This document shows positions 10,382-19,031 of a DNA stretch of 39,214 bases, piece after piece (position 1 is the stretch's first letter; each line of letters opens with the position of its first letter). The notes beneath the pieces are model-generated. The model was given only the letters and a program-made list of their open reading frames with translations, ran no database searches and was not told the DNA's origin. Origin of the DNA: an uncultured bacterium (lineage in GTDB: Bacteria > Patescibacteriota > Minisyncoccia > Phycocordibacterales > UBA9973); NCBI GenBank assembly GCA_903894565.1, contig CAITQP010000003.1, positions 1 through 39,214 on the forward strand, in the 5' to 3' direction. The position numbers were made by a program, and so were the translations under genes.

Positions 10382-12124
10382 ATGGAAACCCGCACCTGCC
10401 AAAACTGCAAAACTGATTTTCAGATTGAACCAGAAGACTTTCTGTTCTACGAAAAAATCAAGGTTCCTCCACCAACATTTTGTCCGGAGTGCCGTACCGC
10501 GCGCCGTCTTTCGTGGCGCAATGAAATGTCGCTCTACAAGCGTACCTGTGATGCGCCTTCGCATGATGAATCATTGATTACTATCTATCATCCTGATACA
10601 AAATTGCAGGTTGTTGATTCAAAATATTGGTGGGGTGATTCGTGGGATCCTTTTGATTACGGGGCTCCGTACGATTTTTCAAAACCATTTTTCCAGCAAT
10701 GGATCGAACTTTTTCGACGTATTCCGTTGCAAGGACTTTCGAATTCAAATGCAACGAACAGTGACTACTGTAATATCGCAGAGGAGAGTCGTGATTCATA
10801 CATGATATCAGCCACATGGAAAGTTGAGCGTAGTTTTTATTCCAATCGAATTATGGAAGTAAAAGATTCATCTGATTTGTACGTTGTGCATGATTCAGAG
10901 CTGTGTTACGAAGATGTTATTTCATCTGATTGTTATCACACTTTGTATTCGGTAAATTGCAAAAGTTGTGTTGATTCATACTTTCTCTACGATTGTCATG
11001 GGTGTACGAATTGTTTTGGATGTACCAACCTGCGAAATCAATCGTACTGTATGTGGAACGAACAGCTGGGGAAGGAAGAATACATACGCAGAATATCAGA
11101 GCTTGATATGAGTAGTTATGCCGTTGTCTCCGAGTGCAAGCAACGATTTTCTGACATGTGCATGCAAGCGATTCATCGTTTTGCAAACCAGATTAAAATC
11201 GTAAATTCTACTGGCGATAATCTTGAAGGTGTAAAAAACACACGTATGTGTTTTGATGCGAGTGGTCAAATTGAAGACTCAAAATTTGTGCATTGGGCAA
11301 AGGTGAGCGCGAAGGATGTGTATGATTCGGGCCCGGGGATTGGTATGGGAGAGATGATGTACGAGGTTTTCGATACTGGTATCGGCAATTTCCGAAACCT
11401 TTTTACAAGTGTTGTGTATAGTTCAAATGAAATTGAATATGCGTTCAATTGTCACGGTTCCTCAAATTTATTTGGATGCATTGGCATTCGTGGAAAAAAT
11501 TACTGCATTTTGAATCGACCATATGAGAAAGAGGAATATGAACTGCTCGTACCGAAAATAAAAGAGCATATGATGACGATGCCGTATGTCGACGCGAAGG
11601 ATAGAGTGTATCGCTATGGAGAATTTTTCCCTTCTGAGCTCTCACCATTCGCATACAATGAGACAGTGGCTCAGGATTATTTCCCGCTTTCAAAGTTTGG
11701 TGCAGTTGAGCGAGGTCATTTGTGGAGAGACAAGACACTTCAAAACTATACAGTTACCATATCTGCGAAGGATTTACCGGACTCACTCACCACGGTTTCG
11801 GATACAATCACAAAAGAAATCATTGGATGTCTTCACAACGGCGAGTGTTCAGATCGCTGTTCACGAGCATATCGTATAACTGCCGATGAGCTTAATTTGT
11901 ACAGACGAATTGGCGTACCGCTTCCACGGCTGTGTTTCGGGTGTCGTCACGATGAGCGACTTCGAAAACGTAATCCGATGAAACTCTGGTCTCGCACTTG
12001 TATGTGTACCCAATCAAACCACGACCATACGGGTTCATGTCAGACTACATTCGAGACGGCATATGCACCAGAACGAAAAGAGATTATATATTGTGAGTCA
12101 TGTTACCAACGAGAAGTGCTCTAA
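10382..12124 (+). CDS. Cys-rich zinc-ribbon/solenoid hypothetical protein (paralog 2)
   Basis: CQNC...VPPPTFCPECR, WWGDSWDP, DCHGCTNCFGCTNLR, YGEFFPSELSPFAYNET, LPRLCFGCR, C-terminal YAPER-IIYCESCYQREV. Confidence 0.85.
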   Translation: METRTCQNCKTDFQIEPEDFLFYEKIKVPPPTFCPECRTARRLSWRNEMSLYKRTCDAPSHDESLITIYHPDTKLQVVDSKYWWGDSWDPFDYGAPYDFSKPFFQQWIELFRRIPLQGLSNSNATNSDYCNIAEESRDSYMISATWKVERSFYSNRIMEVKDSSDLYVVHDSELCYEDVISSDCYHTLYSVNCKSCVDSYFLYDCHGCTNCFGCTNLRNQSYCMWNEQLGKEEYIRRISELDMSSYAVVSECKQRFSDMCMQAIHRFANQIKIVNSTGDNLEGVKNTRMCFDASGQIEDSKFVHWAKVSAKDVYDSGPGIGMGEMMYEVFDTGIGNFRNLFTSVVYSSNEIEYAFNCHGSSNLFGCIGIRGKNYCILNRPYEKEEYELLVPKIKEHMMTMPYVDAKDRVYRYGEFFPSELSPFAYNETVAQDYFPLSKFGAVERGHLWRDKTLQNYTVTISAKDLPDSLTTVSDTITKEIIGCLHNGECSDRCSRAYRITADELNLYRRIGVPLPRLCFGCRHDERLRKRNPMKLWSRTCMCTQSNHDHTGSCQTTFETAYAPERKEIIYCESCYQREVL

Positions 12125-12196
12125 AAATAAAGAAAAAGTAAAGTCTCATCCACACATAATTTGCCTTCATTTTTTTGGGTGATATACTCAAATTAT

Positions 12197-12505
12197 ATGA
12201 AGAAAGTGATTGCCCAAAAAACTGAAAAATACCTCACTATTTCTGTGTTTGAGAAGCATATGGGCTCAATCGCTCGGTCTTTTGGGGAGGTTGATGCACG
12301 CTTTGAACGTATTGATAAACGTCTCGCACATCACGACACGGTATTTGAGCGAATGTTTTCAATGATTCAGGATGTTCAGGAATCAAACCGAGAGATACAT
12401 AACGATATACGAGGCTACATGCACCATACGGTGACAGGTGAGCGCAGGGTAGACGACCTGACCGAACGTGTCGAGAAGCTCGAACGCAAAACAGCCAACA
12501 TCTAA
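12197..12505 (+). CDS. Small coiled-coil hypothetical protein (102 aa)
   Basis: Heptad pattern (FGEVDARFERIDKRL; VDDLTERVEKLERK). ATG 12197 lies 8 nt after TGaTATACT. Confidence 0.75.
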   Translation: MKKVIAQKTEKYLTISVFEKHMGSIARSFGEVDARFERIDKRLAHHDTVFERMFSMIQDVQESNREIHNDIRGYMHHTVTGERRVDDLTERVEKLERKTANI

Positions 12506-12555
12506 AAGTTTTGAACTGTGGCATTTAAGTTTTAAAGCTTGTATAATTTCAGTAT

Positions 12556-14970
12556 ATGGATTTCCTCCCCGATGGGGTTGCTTTTAATAAAAATATTACC
12601 TACCTCGCGAAAACAAATTTTCGTGCTCAGGAGCAGGTATTCGGCATCAAACGTAAAGATCGACGCCAGCATATGTATGTGCTCGGAAAGTCCGGCTCGG
12701 GTAAATCTGTGCTTCTCGGGAACATGATCGTTCAGAATATTTGGAACGGTGAAGGGGTATGTGTTATCGACCCGCACGGAGAGCTTGTAGAGAGCGTGCT
12801 TGCGACTATTCCTGCACACCGCGCGAAAGATGTCATCTATTTCAACCCAGCTGATACGGACTATCACATCGGGTTTAACGTTCTGCAGGTTGACGATCCA
12901 AAATACAAACACCTTGTTGCGTCCGGACTCATGGGAATTTTCACCAAGATTTGGGCCAATGCATGGAGTGCGCGTATGGAATACATTTTGAACAACGCGA
13001 TTCTTGCGCTTGCTGATACACCTGGATCAACATTGCTCGGTATTCCGCGCTTGCTTGTGGACAAAGATTATCGTCAAGTGGTGATCAACAACTTGAAAGA
13101 TCCCGTGATCAAAGCATTCTGGATTCACGAATACGAAAACTGGCGTGATCAATATCGTAATGAAGCAATCGCTCCAATTCAAAACAAAGTCGGACAATTC
13201 CTTTCGACCTCTATTGTTCGTAATGTCGTTGGTCAAGCAAAGTCGACAATCGATTTGTTTGAAATGATGAACACAGGAAAAATATTTCTTGTGAACGTTT
13301 CAAAGGGACGTATCGGTGAAGACAACTCCGCACTGCTTGGAGGTATGATCATTACGAAGCTTCAGCTCGCGGCCATGGAGCGCGTGCGTATTCCAGAAGA
13401 TGAACGTAAGGATTTCTATTTGTACGTGGACGAATTCCAAAACTTCGTGACTGATGCGTTTGCGTCGATTCTTTCTGAGGCGCGTAAATATCGTCTCAAC
13501 CTCACGCTCGCGCACCAATACATTGCTCAGCTCGTTACCAAAGACTCAGAGGCCGTACGTGATGCTGTATTCGGAAACGTTGGAACGATGATTGTGTTTC
13601 GTGTTGGTGCTGCCGACGCGGAATTTTTGGAACAAGAATTTGAGCCAGAGTTTATGGTGCAGGATATGGTGAATTTACCAAACTATACGATCTACCTCAA
13701 ACTTATGGTGGATGGTGTTACGTCGCGCCCGTTTTCTGCAAAGACGCTTCCTCCGTACAAGATTCCGGAGAACAGTAATGTCTCACAAGAAATCATTGAA
13801 TCATCGCGACGATTGTATGCGCGTCCTCGTGAGACGGTTGAAAAAGAAATTAATGAATGGAGTGGAATGCTTGTTGGGCTTGCAGAAGAAGGCAAGTTTA
13901 AGGCCGTATGTTCGTCGTGTGGCAAAGAGACGATGGTTCCATTTGAGCCTGAAGCAGGACGCCCAGTGTACTGTAAGGAATGTATTGCCAAGATCAAGTC
14001 CGGTGAAACGAAACCGCTCAAAGGTACGAAGCAGGAAAGTCTGCGCCCTCAATCATATGCAGCGCTCTCGAGTCTTGGAATTGAATTCGTATCTGATGGG
14101 TCACCAATGCCAAAACCAAGTGCTCCGCGTGGGATGCCACCACCAATGGCTCGACCTCCAATCGGAAAACCATTTGTGCCAACACGTACTCCAATCGTGG
14201 CACCACGCCCTGTAGTGAACACTGTAAAACCTGTTTTGGCTAGTACGCCAAAACAGCCAATTCAAGAAGGAGAAAAACCATCGCTTGGTGCGATTGCCAA
14301 GGTAAATAACGCTCAGCCTGCTCAGCCGATTCAAGCACCGCAATCCGATAAGCCAAAGAATTTCCGAACCCCGACAGTCGAACGTAAAGGTCCTGACCAC
14401 GAGGGCTTGCAGTCAATTTTGAAACAAGCACTTGGAAGTGCAATGAAAGAAGAAACACCTACTCCTCAAGCTTCGAGTATTGAAGCCGTAAAAACTGAAG
14501 CTCCAGATATGGTTCCAAAAAAAGAAGAGAGACCAACAATATCGCTATCGGCACTGAAGAAGCCTGAATCAATCGTGAGTGCCATTCCAAAATTACAAAC
14601 GAAATCGGCCTCTGATGAACGTGTCTCAGCCCTACAGAATGCTATTGCTCGGGCGACCAAAACTGAAATAAAACCGGAACAAAAAGTCGAACCTATACCG
14701 ATGGTTGAACAAAAGAGCGAAGCTTCTCTCGCTCCAATTACACCTCGAGTAGAAACGACATTTGTTCCGCGCCCCGCACCTCCTGTGGTTGAAGCACCTG
14801 CTCCAAAGATTGAACCAGTTGTAGAAACACCTGCGCCAAGTACTCCACCACCGACTGAAAAACAAACACCCGATGAGAATAAACAACCTGAAGAGAAACC
14901 ATCCGATACGGTAGGAAAAAAAGTTCGTGAAATTCCAGAGGATATCTTAAGGAAAGTTCTCAATGAATAA
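12556..14970 (+). CDS. TraD/VirD4-like ATPase fused to a CxxC-x17-CxxC zinc finger and a long Pro/Lys/Glu-rich disordered tail
   Basis: DRRQHMYVLGKSGSGKS, YLYVDEFQN, LSEARKY; CSSC-x17-CKEC at 13909-13983; about 300 aa of low-complexity C-terminus. Confidence 0.9.
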   Translation: MDFLPDGVAFNKNITYLAKTNFRAQEQVFGIKRKDRRQHMYVLGKSGSGKSVLLGNMIVQNIWNGEGVCVIDPHGELVESVLATIPAHRAKDVIYFNPADTDYHIGFNVLQVDDPKYKHLVASGLMGIFTKIWANAWSARMEYILNNAILALADTPGSTLLGIPRLLVDKDYRQVVINNLKDPVIKAFWIHEYENWRDQYRNEAIAPIQNKVGQFLSTSIVRNVVGQAKSTIDLFEMMNTGKIFLVNVSKGRIGEDNSALLGGMIITKLQLAAMERVRIPEDERKDFYLYVDEFQNFVTDAFASILSEARKYRLNLTLAHQYIAQLVTKDSEAVRDAVFGNVGTMIVFRVGAADAEFLEQEFEPEFMVQDMVNLPNYTIYLKLMVDGVTSRPFSAKTLPPYKIPENSNVSQEIIESSRRLYARPRETVEKEINEWSGMLVGLAEEGKFKAVCSSCGKETMVPFEPEAGRPVYCKECIAKIKSGETKPLKGTKQESLRPQSYAALSSLGIEFVSDGSPMPKPSAPRGMPPPMARPPIGKPFVPTRTPIVAPRPVVNTVKPVLASTPKQPIQEGEKPSLGAIAKVNNAQPAQPIQAPQSDKPKNFRTPTVERKGPDHEGLQSILKQALGSAMKEETPTPQASSIEAVKTEAPDMVPKKEERPTISLSALKKPESIVSAIPKLQTKSASDERVSALQNAIARATKTEIKPEQKVEPIPMVEQKSEASLAPITPRVETTFVPRPAPPVVEAPAPKIEPVVETPAPSTPPPTEKQTPDENKQPEEKPSDTVGKKVREIPEDILRKVLNE

Positions 14971-14998
14971 TTAACAGTTAGTTCTTTTGTGTCTTATC

Positions 14999-16507
14999 AT
15001 GCGCCATCTTACTATGTGTGTTCTTTTTTGTGTGATTTTTGTGAGCGTGCTGTGTATCAACGTGAAGTTTGTTCAAGCATCAAATGGCTTAGAAATATCT
15101 GAAATAATGTATGACCCGAGTGGAACAGATACGAATCGTGAATGGATCGAGGTTCACAATACAGGTTCGGATAGTATCGATCTTGCGAACCATTTTTTAC
15201 TTACTGATGGTTTGTCGAGTTCTCGTCATACACTTACGCCCGTTGGATCAAGTATTATTGTAAGTGGTCACTACGCTGTCATCGTTCAAGACGTGAATGC
15301 ATTTAAAACTGACTACCCGAGTTATACGGGATTATTATTTGATTCAAGTTGGAGTGGTCTTACTGCGAGTGTCGGTAAAACAATTGCTATCATTGATAAT
15401 GATGGGGCAGTACTCGATCAAGTAACTTATGATCCTTCAATCGGTGGAGCAAATGACGGAAATTCGTTGCAAAAAAGTGCTCAGGGTACGTGGGTAAGCT
15501 CACTACCGAATCCAAATGGAGCAGTTCAAAATGGAGATGCCGTTTCTACTGAAACGGATACGGGTACATCGAATGGGGGAACAAATTCGTCTGGAATTTC
15601 CTCTGCCGTGCCAACCGCGGTTTTGAAAATAGTTCAACCTAAGGTTATTCCACCGCGTATTGATTTTACGATTCCCAAAATCGCAACGACGGGTATTCCG
15701 ATCTCTGTCGAGTATACGGTCTATGGAGCAAACGACGATATTCGCTTTTATGGCAGTACGCATATCGCATTTGGAGACGGCACGGAATATGGCGGTTCTG
15801 CAAAAGACGAGACAACACATACCTATGAATTTCCAGGTACGTATATTGTGAAGCTCGATTATCGTTCGAATCCATACATGCCAAAGCCTGATCTGACCAC
15901 TCGAGTGACAGTCATTGTTTCGCATCCAACCGTCGTAATATCGAGTATCACATCTACCGGTTCGATTCAGCTCCAGAATACAAGTACAGATGAATCAGAT
16001 ATATCCGGGTGGATACTCACGTCGGTTGTTGATGATAAAAAAACGCAATTTTCTATTCCTGAGGGAACAATTCTTGCACCAGAGGCAAGGATGCAATTAC
16101 CAGCGAGTATTGTCGGGTTCCTTGGCGATGCTCCGATCGTTACACTGTCGCTTCCTCGTCATATCGAAGTGAGTTCTTTTCAGCTTGCGCAAGAAGACCC
16201 ACCATTAGAACCAGTCGTTCAGACTTCTGTTCGAGAATTAGAACCGACAATAGGAACTGAAAGAATACAAAAAACAATCACTCAGAATACTGATACTAAA
16301 AATAGTGCGATGGTGGTGCCAGTAGGATCAAGAAAAAATGTTTCACTCATTTGGTACACTCTGTTTCTTTTGGGAGTTATTATTTGTTTTGGATATGCAC
16401 TTATTCGTTTTGTCGGTATAAAAAAGCATACTGAAACGATCTCATCGGTCGTACTGGCGGGGGATGATGAAAAGCAAATCGACCCCGTACGAATTGTCGA
16501 AGAGTAA
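14999..16507 (+). CDS. Surface protein with lamin-tail domain, PKD domain, second lamin-tail-like domain and C-terminal TM anchor
   Basis: Signal-like N-terminus; ISEIMYDPSGTDTNREWIEVHN (LTD); FGDG...HTYEFPGTYIV (PKD); IQLQN...DISGWIL; TM LIWYTLFLLGVIICFGYALI. Confidence 0.85.
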   Translation: MRHLTMCVLFCVIFVSVLCINVKFVQASNGLEISEIMYDPSGTDTNREWIEVHNTGSDSIDLANHFLLTDGLSSSRHTLTPVGSSIIVSGHYAVIVQDVNAFKTDYPSYTGLLFDSSWSGLTASVGKTIAIIDNDGAVLDQVTYDPSIGGANDGNSLQKSAQGTWVSSLPNPNGAVQNGDAVSTETDTGTSNGGTNSSGISSAVPTAVLKIVQPKVIPPRIDFTIPKIATTGIPISVEYTVYGANDDIRFYGSTHIAFGDGTEYGGSAKDETTHTYEFPGTYIVKLDYRSNPYMPKPDLTTRVTVIVSHPTVVISSITSTGSIQLQNTSTDESDISGWILTSVVDDKKTQFSIPEGTILAPEARMQLPASIVGFLGDAPIVTLSLPRHIEVSSFQLAQEDPPLEPVVQTSVRELEPTIGTERIQKTITQNTDTKNSAMVVPVGSRKNVSLIWYTLFLLGVIICFGYALIRFVGIKKHTETISSVVLAGDDEKQIDPVRIVEE

Positions 16508-16510
16508 AAA

Positions 16511-16541
16511 TAAAAATACCCCGATATTCGGGGTATTTTTA
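16511..16541. terminator. Bidirectional intrinsic terminator
   Basis: 14-bp perfect inverted repeat TAAAAATACCCCGA-TAT-TCGGGGTATTTTTA between convergent genes. Confidence 0.88.
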
Positions 16542-16551
16542 TGACAGGCGA

Positions 16552-16716
16552 TTACTTGTTTTCATTTTTTTCTGGAGACTTTTCTTCGTGGCCTTCACTC
16601 TGGCAATGACATGCTTCAAGTGATTGACCGTGTTTTGCACAGGATTCGGCCTGACACGTTCCTGGCGTAAGGGAGATACCTTTGCATCCTCCCGTACAGA
16701 TGTAGTGTTCTTTCAT
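16552..16716 (-). CDS. Small Cys/His-rich putative metal-binding protein (54 aa; not in the ORF track)
   Basis: Hand translation MKEHYICTGGCKGISLTPGTCQAESCAKHGQSLEACHCQSEGHEEKSPEKNENK. Fills the gap, ends at the bidirectional terminator, and has TATACT on the minus strand at 16738-16743. Confidence 0.75.
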   Translation of the reverse strand: MKEHYICTGGCKGISLTPGTCQAESCAKHGQSLEACHCQSEGHEEKSPEKNENK

Positions 16717-16784
16717 CGCAACGATTTTTTAGCCCGCAGTATACGGGTGTTTAATAATACGCACACCTACAGTATAATCGAAAT

Positions 16785-17378
16785 ATGAAAAAGCAAGAAG
16801 CATTACATCAGCTCAACGAGCGTAATCATACTCGTACTACGTGCGGGCTTAAAATGCTTGCAACGCAACCTGTTTTTGGAGCTGGTTCGCCGAATGCGAC
16901 TATTGTCTTTATCGGCGAGGCTCCAGGGAAAACAGAGGATAAACTCGGAGTTCCGTTCATGGGTTCGTCAGGAAAATTTTTAGACGAAATGCTTCATGAT
17001 ATCAAGGTATCAAGATCTGATGTATACATCACGAATATTGTAAAATACCGTCCACCAGAAAATCGTGATCCTTCAACTGATGAAAAGAATGCATGTCGCG
17101 CGTGGCTTAACGAGGAGCTAGATTGTATTCATCCACAATTGATTGTATTTCTAGGGCGACACGCGATGAATAGTTTTTTTCCTGATAGAAAAATCAGTGA
17201 AGCGCATGGAAAACTAATTCATGACAAAACAACAAGTCTGAGTGCCGAATATTTTCTTCCTCTCTATCATCCAGCAAGCGCTTTATATAATGGAGGAATG
17301 CGAGACACACTCAAAAAGGATTTCTCACGTATTCCCAAAATACTCAAAAAAATTGAGCAAGAAATATCTCGTGACTAG
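16785..17378 (+). CDS. udg: Uracil-DNA glycosylase, family 4-like
   Basis: VFGAG, FIGEAPG, PFMGSSG, YITNIVKYRPPENRDP, LGRHA, PLYHPAS motifs. Confidence 0.92.
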   Translation: MKKQEALHQLNERNHTRTTCGLKMLATQPVFGAGSPNATIVFIGEAPGKTEDKLGVPFMGSSGKFLDEMLHDIKVSRSDVYITNIVKYRPPENRDPSTDEKNACRAWLNEELDCIHPQLIVFLGRHAMNSFFPDRKISEAHGKLIHDKTTSLSAEYFLPLYHPASALYNGGMRDTLKKDFSRIPKILKKIEQEISRD

Positions 17379-18643
17379 TGGTTACGGAGAGCTTCTTCTT
17401 CTGCGAATATACAGGTAGGGCAGGATTCGGTGAGCATGCCTCCTTCGCGCCACACGGTAAACGCTTTTCCTAAAGGAAGAATAGAAAGAAAGAATTTGAA
17501 GTCGATGATTTGACGAAGCCACCAAAACAAGCGACCGCTCAGCGTGATATTTTTGAATGTGAGTACGGCCCAATCTTCTCCGATTGGAACCACATATGGT
17601 GTTATGCGCGGATCGTGACGGGGAAGTTTTTTGTGACGAATGATATTTGCAATCATTTCTCCCATATAATTTCCATCGTAGATTGCTGTTTGCGCTGTGC
17701 CAGAAAAGGGTGTGGCTGCTCCGTCACCGATAGCGAACACTGTGTCGAGGTCTAAAACTTTTAGATGCTCGTCAACGAGTATTCGTCCTGACTTATCAAG
17801 TGGGAGTCCTTGGATCAGAGTGTGCACGCGGTTTGGTCTGACGCCAGCCGTCCAGACGACCGTCTTTGCATTGAGTGCGATGTCCTTCATGTAGACACCC
17901 TTTTCATCTTCACTCGTAACTGCATGATTGAGAATAATATTGATGCCGAGTTTGTCGAGACGCTTTACAGCACACTCCGAAACCGTCTCCGTCATTGTTG
18001 GGAGGAGACGGGGAGCTGCTTGGAGAATATCAACCGTTACGAGCTTTTCTGAAATAGAATGAATACGTGCGAGGCTTCGTGCATAACGCCTGATCTCTCC
18101 TGCGAGTTCGACTCCTGCAGGACCGCCTCCAACAATAACAAATTGGAATTGTGGCATGAGTTCAGCTTTTGAAAGACTTGAATGGTCATCGAACAATTCA
18201 TGTAAGTGGTTTTTCAGTTTTAGTGCTGACCCAACTGATTTGATTGTATACGCATTTTGTTCTACTCCTGGTATACCAAAATATGCAGTCTCTGCGCCAA
18301 GTGCAAGGACGAGGTAGTCATAGTGGTAGACGGAACCGCTTACTCCAGTGAGTGTTTTGGTTGAGACGGAACCTCCGGTAATTGTATCAATAACATACTC
18401 AATTTTTTTCTTTCCAATGATGTCTCCAAGGGGGATACAGGTTTCCATCGGTGATTTACCTGTTGCGAGTTTGTAGAGTGCCGGTGTGTACTCAAAATGA
18501 TGACGATCTGAAACGAGCGTTATGATCAGGTTGGGGATTTTTGCTTTTTCCAAACGAAGTGCCGTGCGGATTCCTCCGAAGCCTCCGCCGACGATGAGCA
18601 CACGTGTTGGATTTTCAGGAACACCGGCGAATGATGAATTCAT
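17375..18643 (-). CDS. ndh: Type II NADH dehydrogenase-like FAD-dependent oxidoreductase
   Basis: IVGGGFGG, YTPALY, YDYLVLALG, second motif IVGGGPAGVELAGE, VWTAGV, VFAIGD, TAQTA. Its TAG stop overlaps the UDG stop (CTAG). Confidence 0.85.
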   Translation of the reverse strand: MNSSFAGVPENPTRVLIVGGGFGGIRTALRLEKAKIPNLIITLVSDRHHFEYTPALYKLATGKSPMETCIPLGDIIGKKKIEYVIDTITGGSVSTKTLTGVSGSVYHYDYLVLALGAETAYFGIPGVEQNAYTIKSVGSALKLKNHLHELFDDHSSLSKAELMPQFQFVIVGGGPAGVELAGEIRRYARSLARIHSISEKLVTVDILQAAPRLLPTMTETVSECAVKRLDKLGINIILNHAVTSEDEKGVYMKDIALNAKTVVWTAGVRPNRVHTLIQGLPLDKSGRILVDEHLKVLDLDTVFAIGDGAATPFSGTAQTAIYDGNYMGEMIANIIRHKKLPRHDPRITPYVVPIGEDWAVLTFKNITLSGRLFWWLRQIIDFKFFLSILPLGKAFTVWREGGMLTESCPTCIFAEEEALRNH

Positions 18644-18673
18644 GTCGCTTATATTGTATCACGCTCGGAGGCG

Positions 18674-18702
18674 TTGCCAAAAATGGTGAGTGCGGGTATA
18701 GT
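18674..18702 (+). promoter_or_regulatory. Sigma70 promoter TTGCCA-N17-TATAGT
   Basis: 17-nt spacer; -10 is 7 nt before ATG 18710. A divergent TGaTACAAT on the minus strand lies 9 nt before the ndh ATG. Confidence 0.6.
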
Positions 18703-18709
18703 TCTCGAT

Positions 18710-19021
18710 ATGGGAATTCAAACATTTTTAATGAAGAAGGCATTACAAGCGAAAGGTATGTCCAAAGAACAGGCCGAGATGATTGCTGATAAACTCGAGA
18801 AAGATCCATCAATCGCCGAAAAAATGAAAGCACTTGAGAGTAACAAAGAGCTCAAGACGCTTTTTGAAAATATTCAAAAAGAAATCGAAGAAAAAACAAA
18901 GGGTGGCATGCCAGAACAATACGCAGCAATGGCCGTTATGACAAAATACAAAGAACAGGTCACAAAGCACCGAGAAGAGCTTGCGCCAATTATGGAACTC
19001 ATGATGGGATTGAAAGCATAG
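18710..19021 (+). CDS. Hypothetical helical Lys/Glu/Met-rich protein (103 aa)
   Basis: Open frame in a gene-sized gap; start moved to ATG 18710 on promoter position. Confidence 0.75.
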   Translation: MGIQTFLMKKALQAKGMSKEQAEMIADKLEKDPSIAEKMKALESNKELKTLFENIQKEIEEKTKGGMPEQYAAMAVMTKYKEQVTKHREELAPIMELMMGLKA

Positions 19022-19031
19022 AGAAAATCAT

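Noticed and set aside
8719-12124. Multiheme cytochromes, ferredoxins or diversity-generating retroelement targets
   Set aside because: No repeated CxxCH motifs or signal peptide, no canonical CxxCxxCxxxCP ferredoxin motif seen, and no reverse transcriptase or TR/VR pair.
7212-14970. Conjugative element/ICE or HerA-type defence system
   Set aside because: No relaxase, VirB/Tra scaffold genes, integrase, att sites, or nuclease/sirtuin partner in the window.
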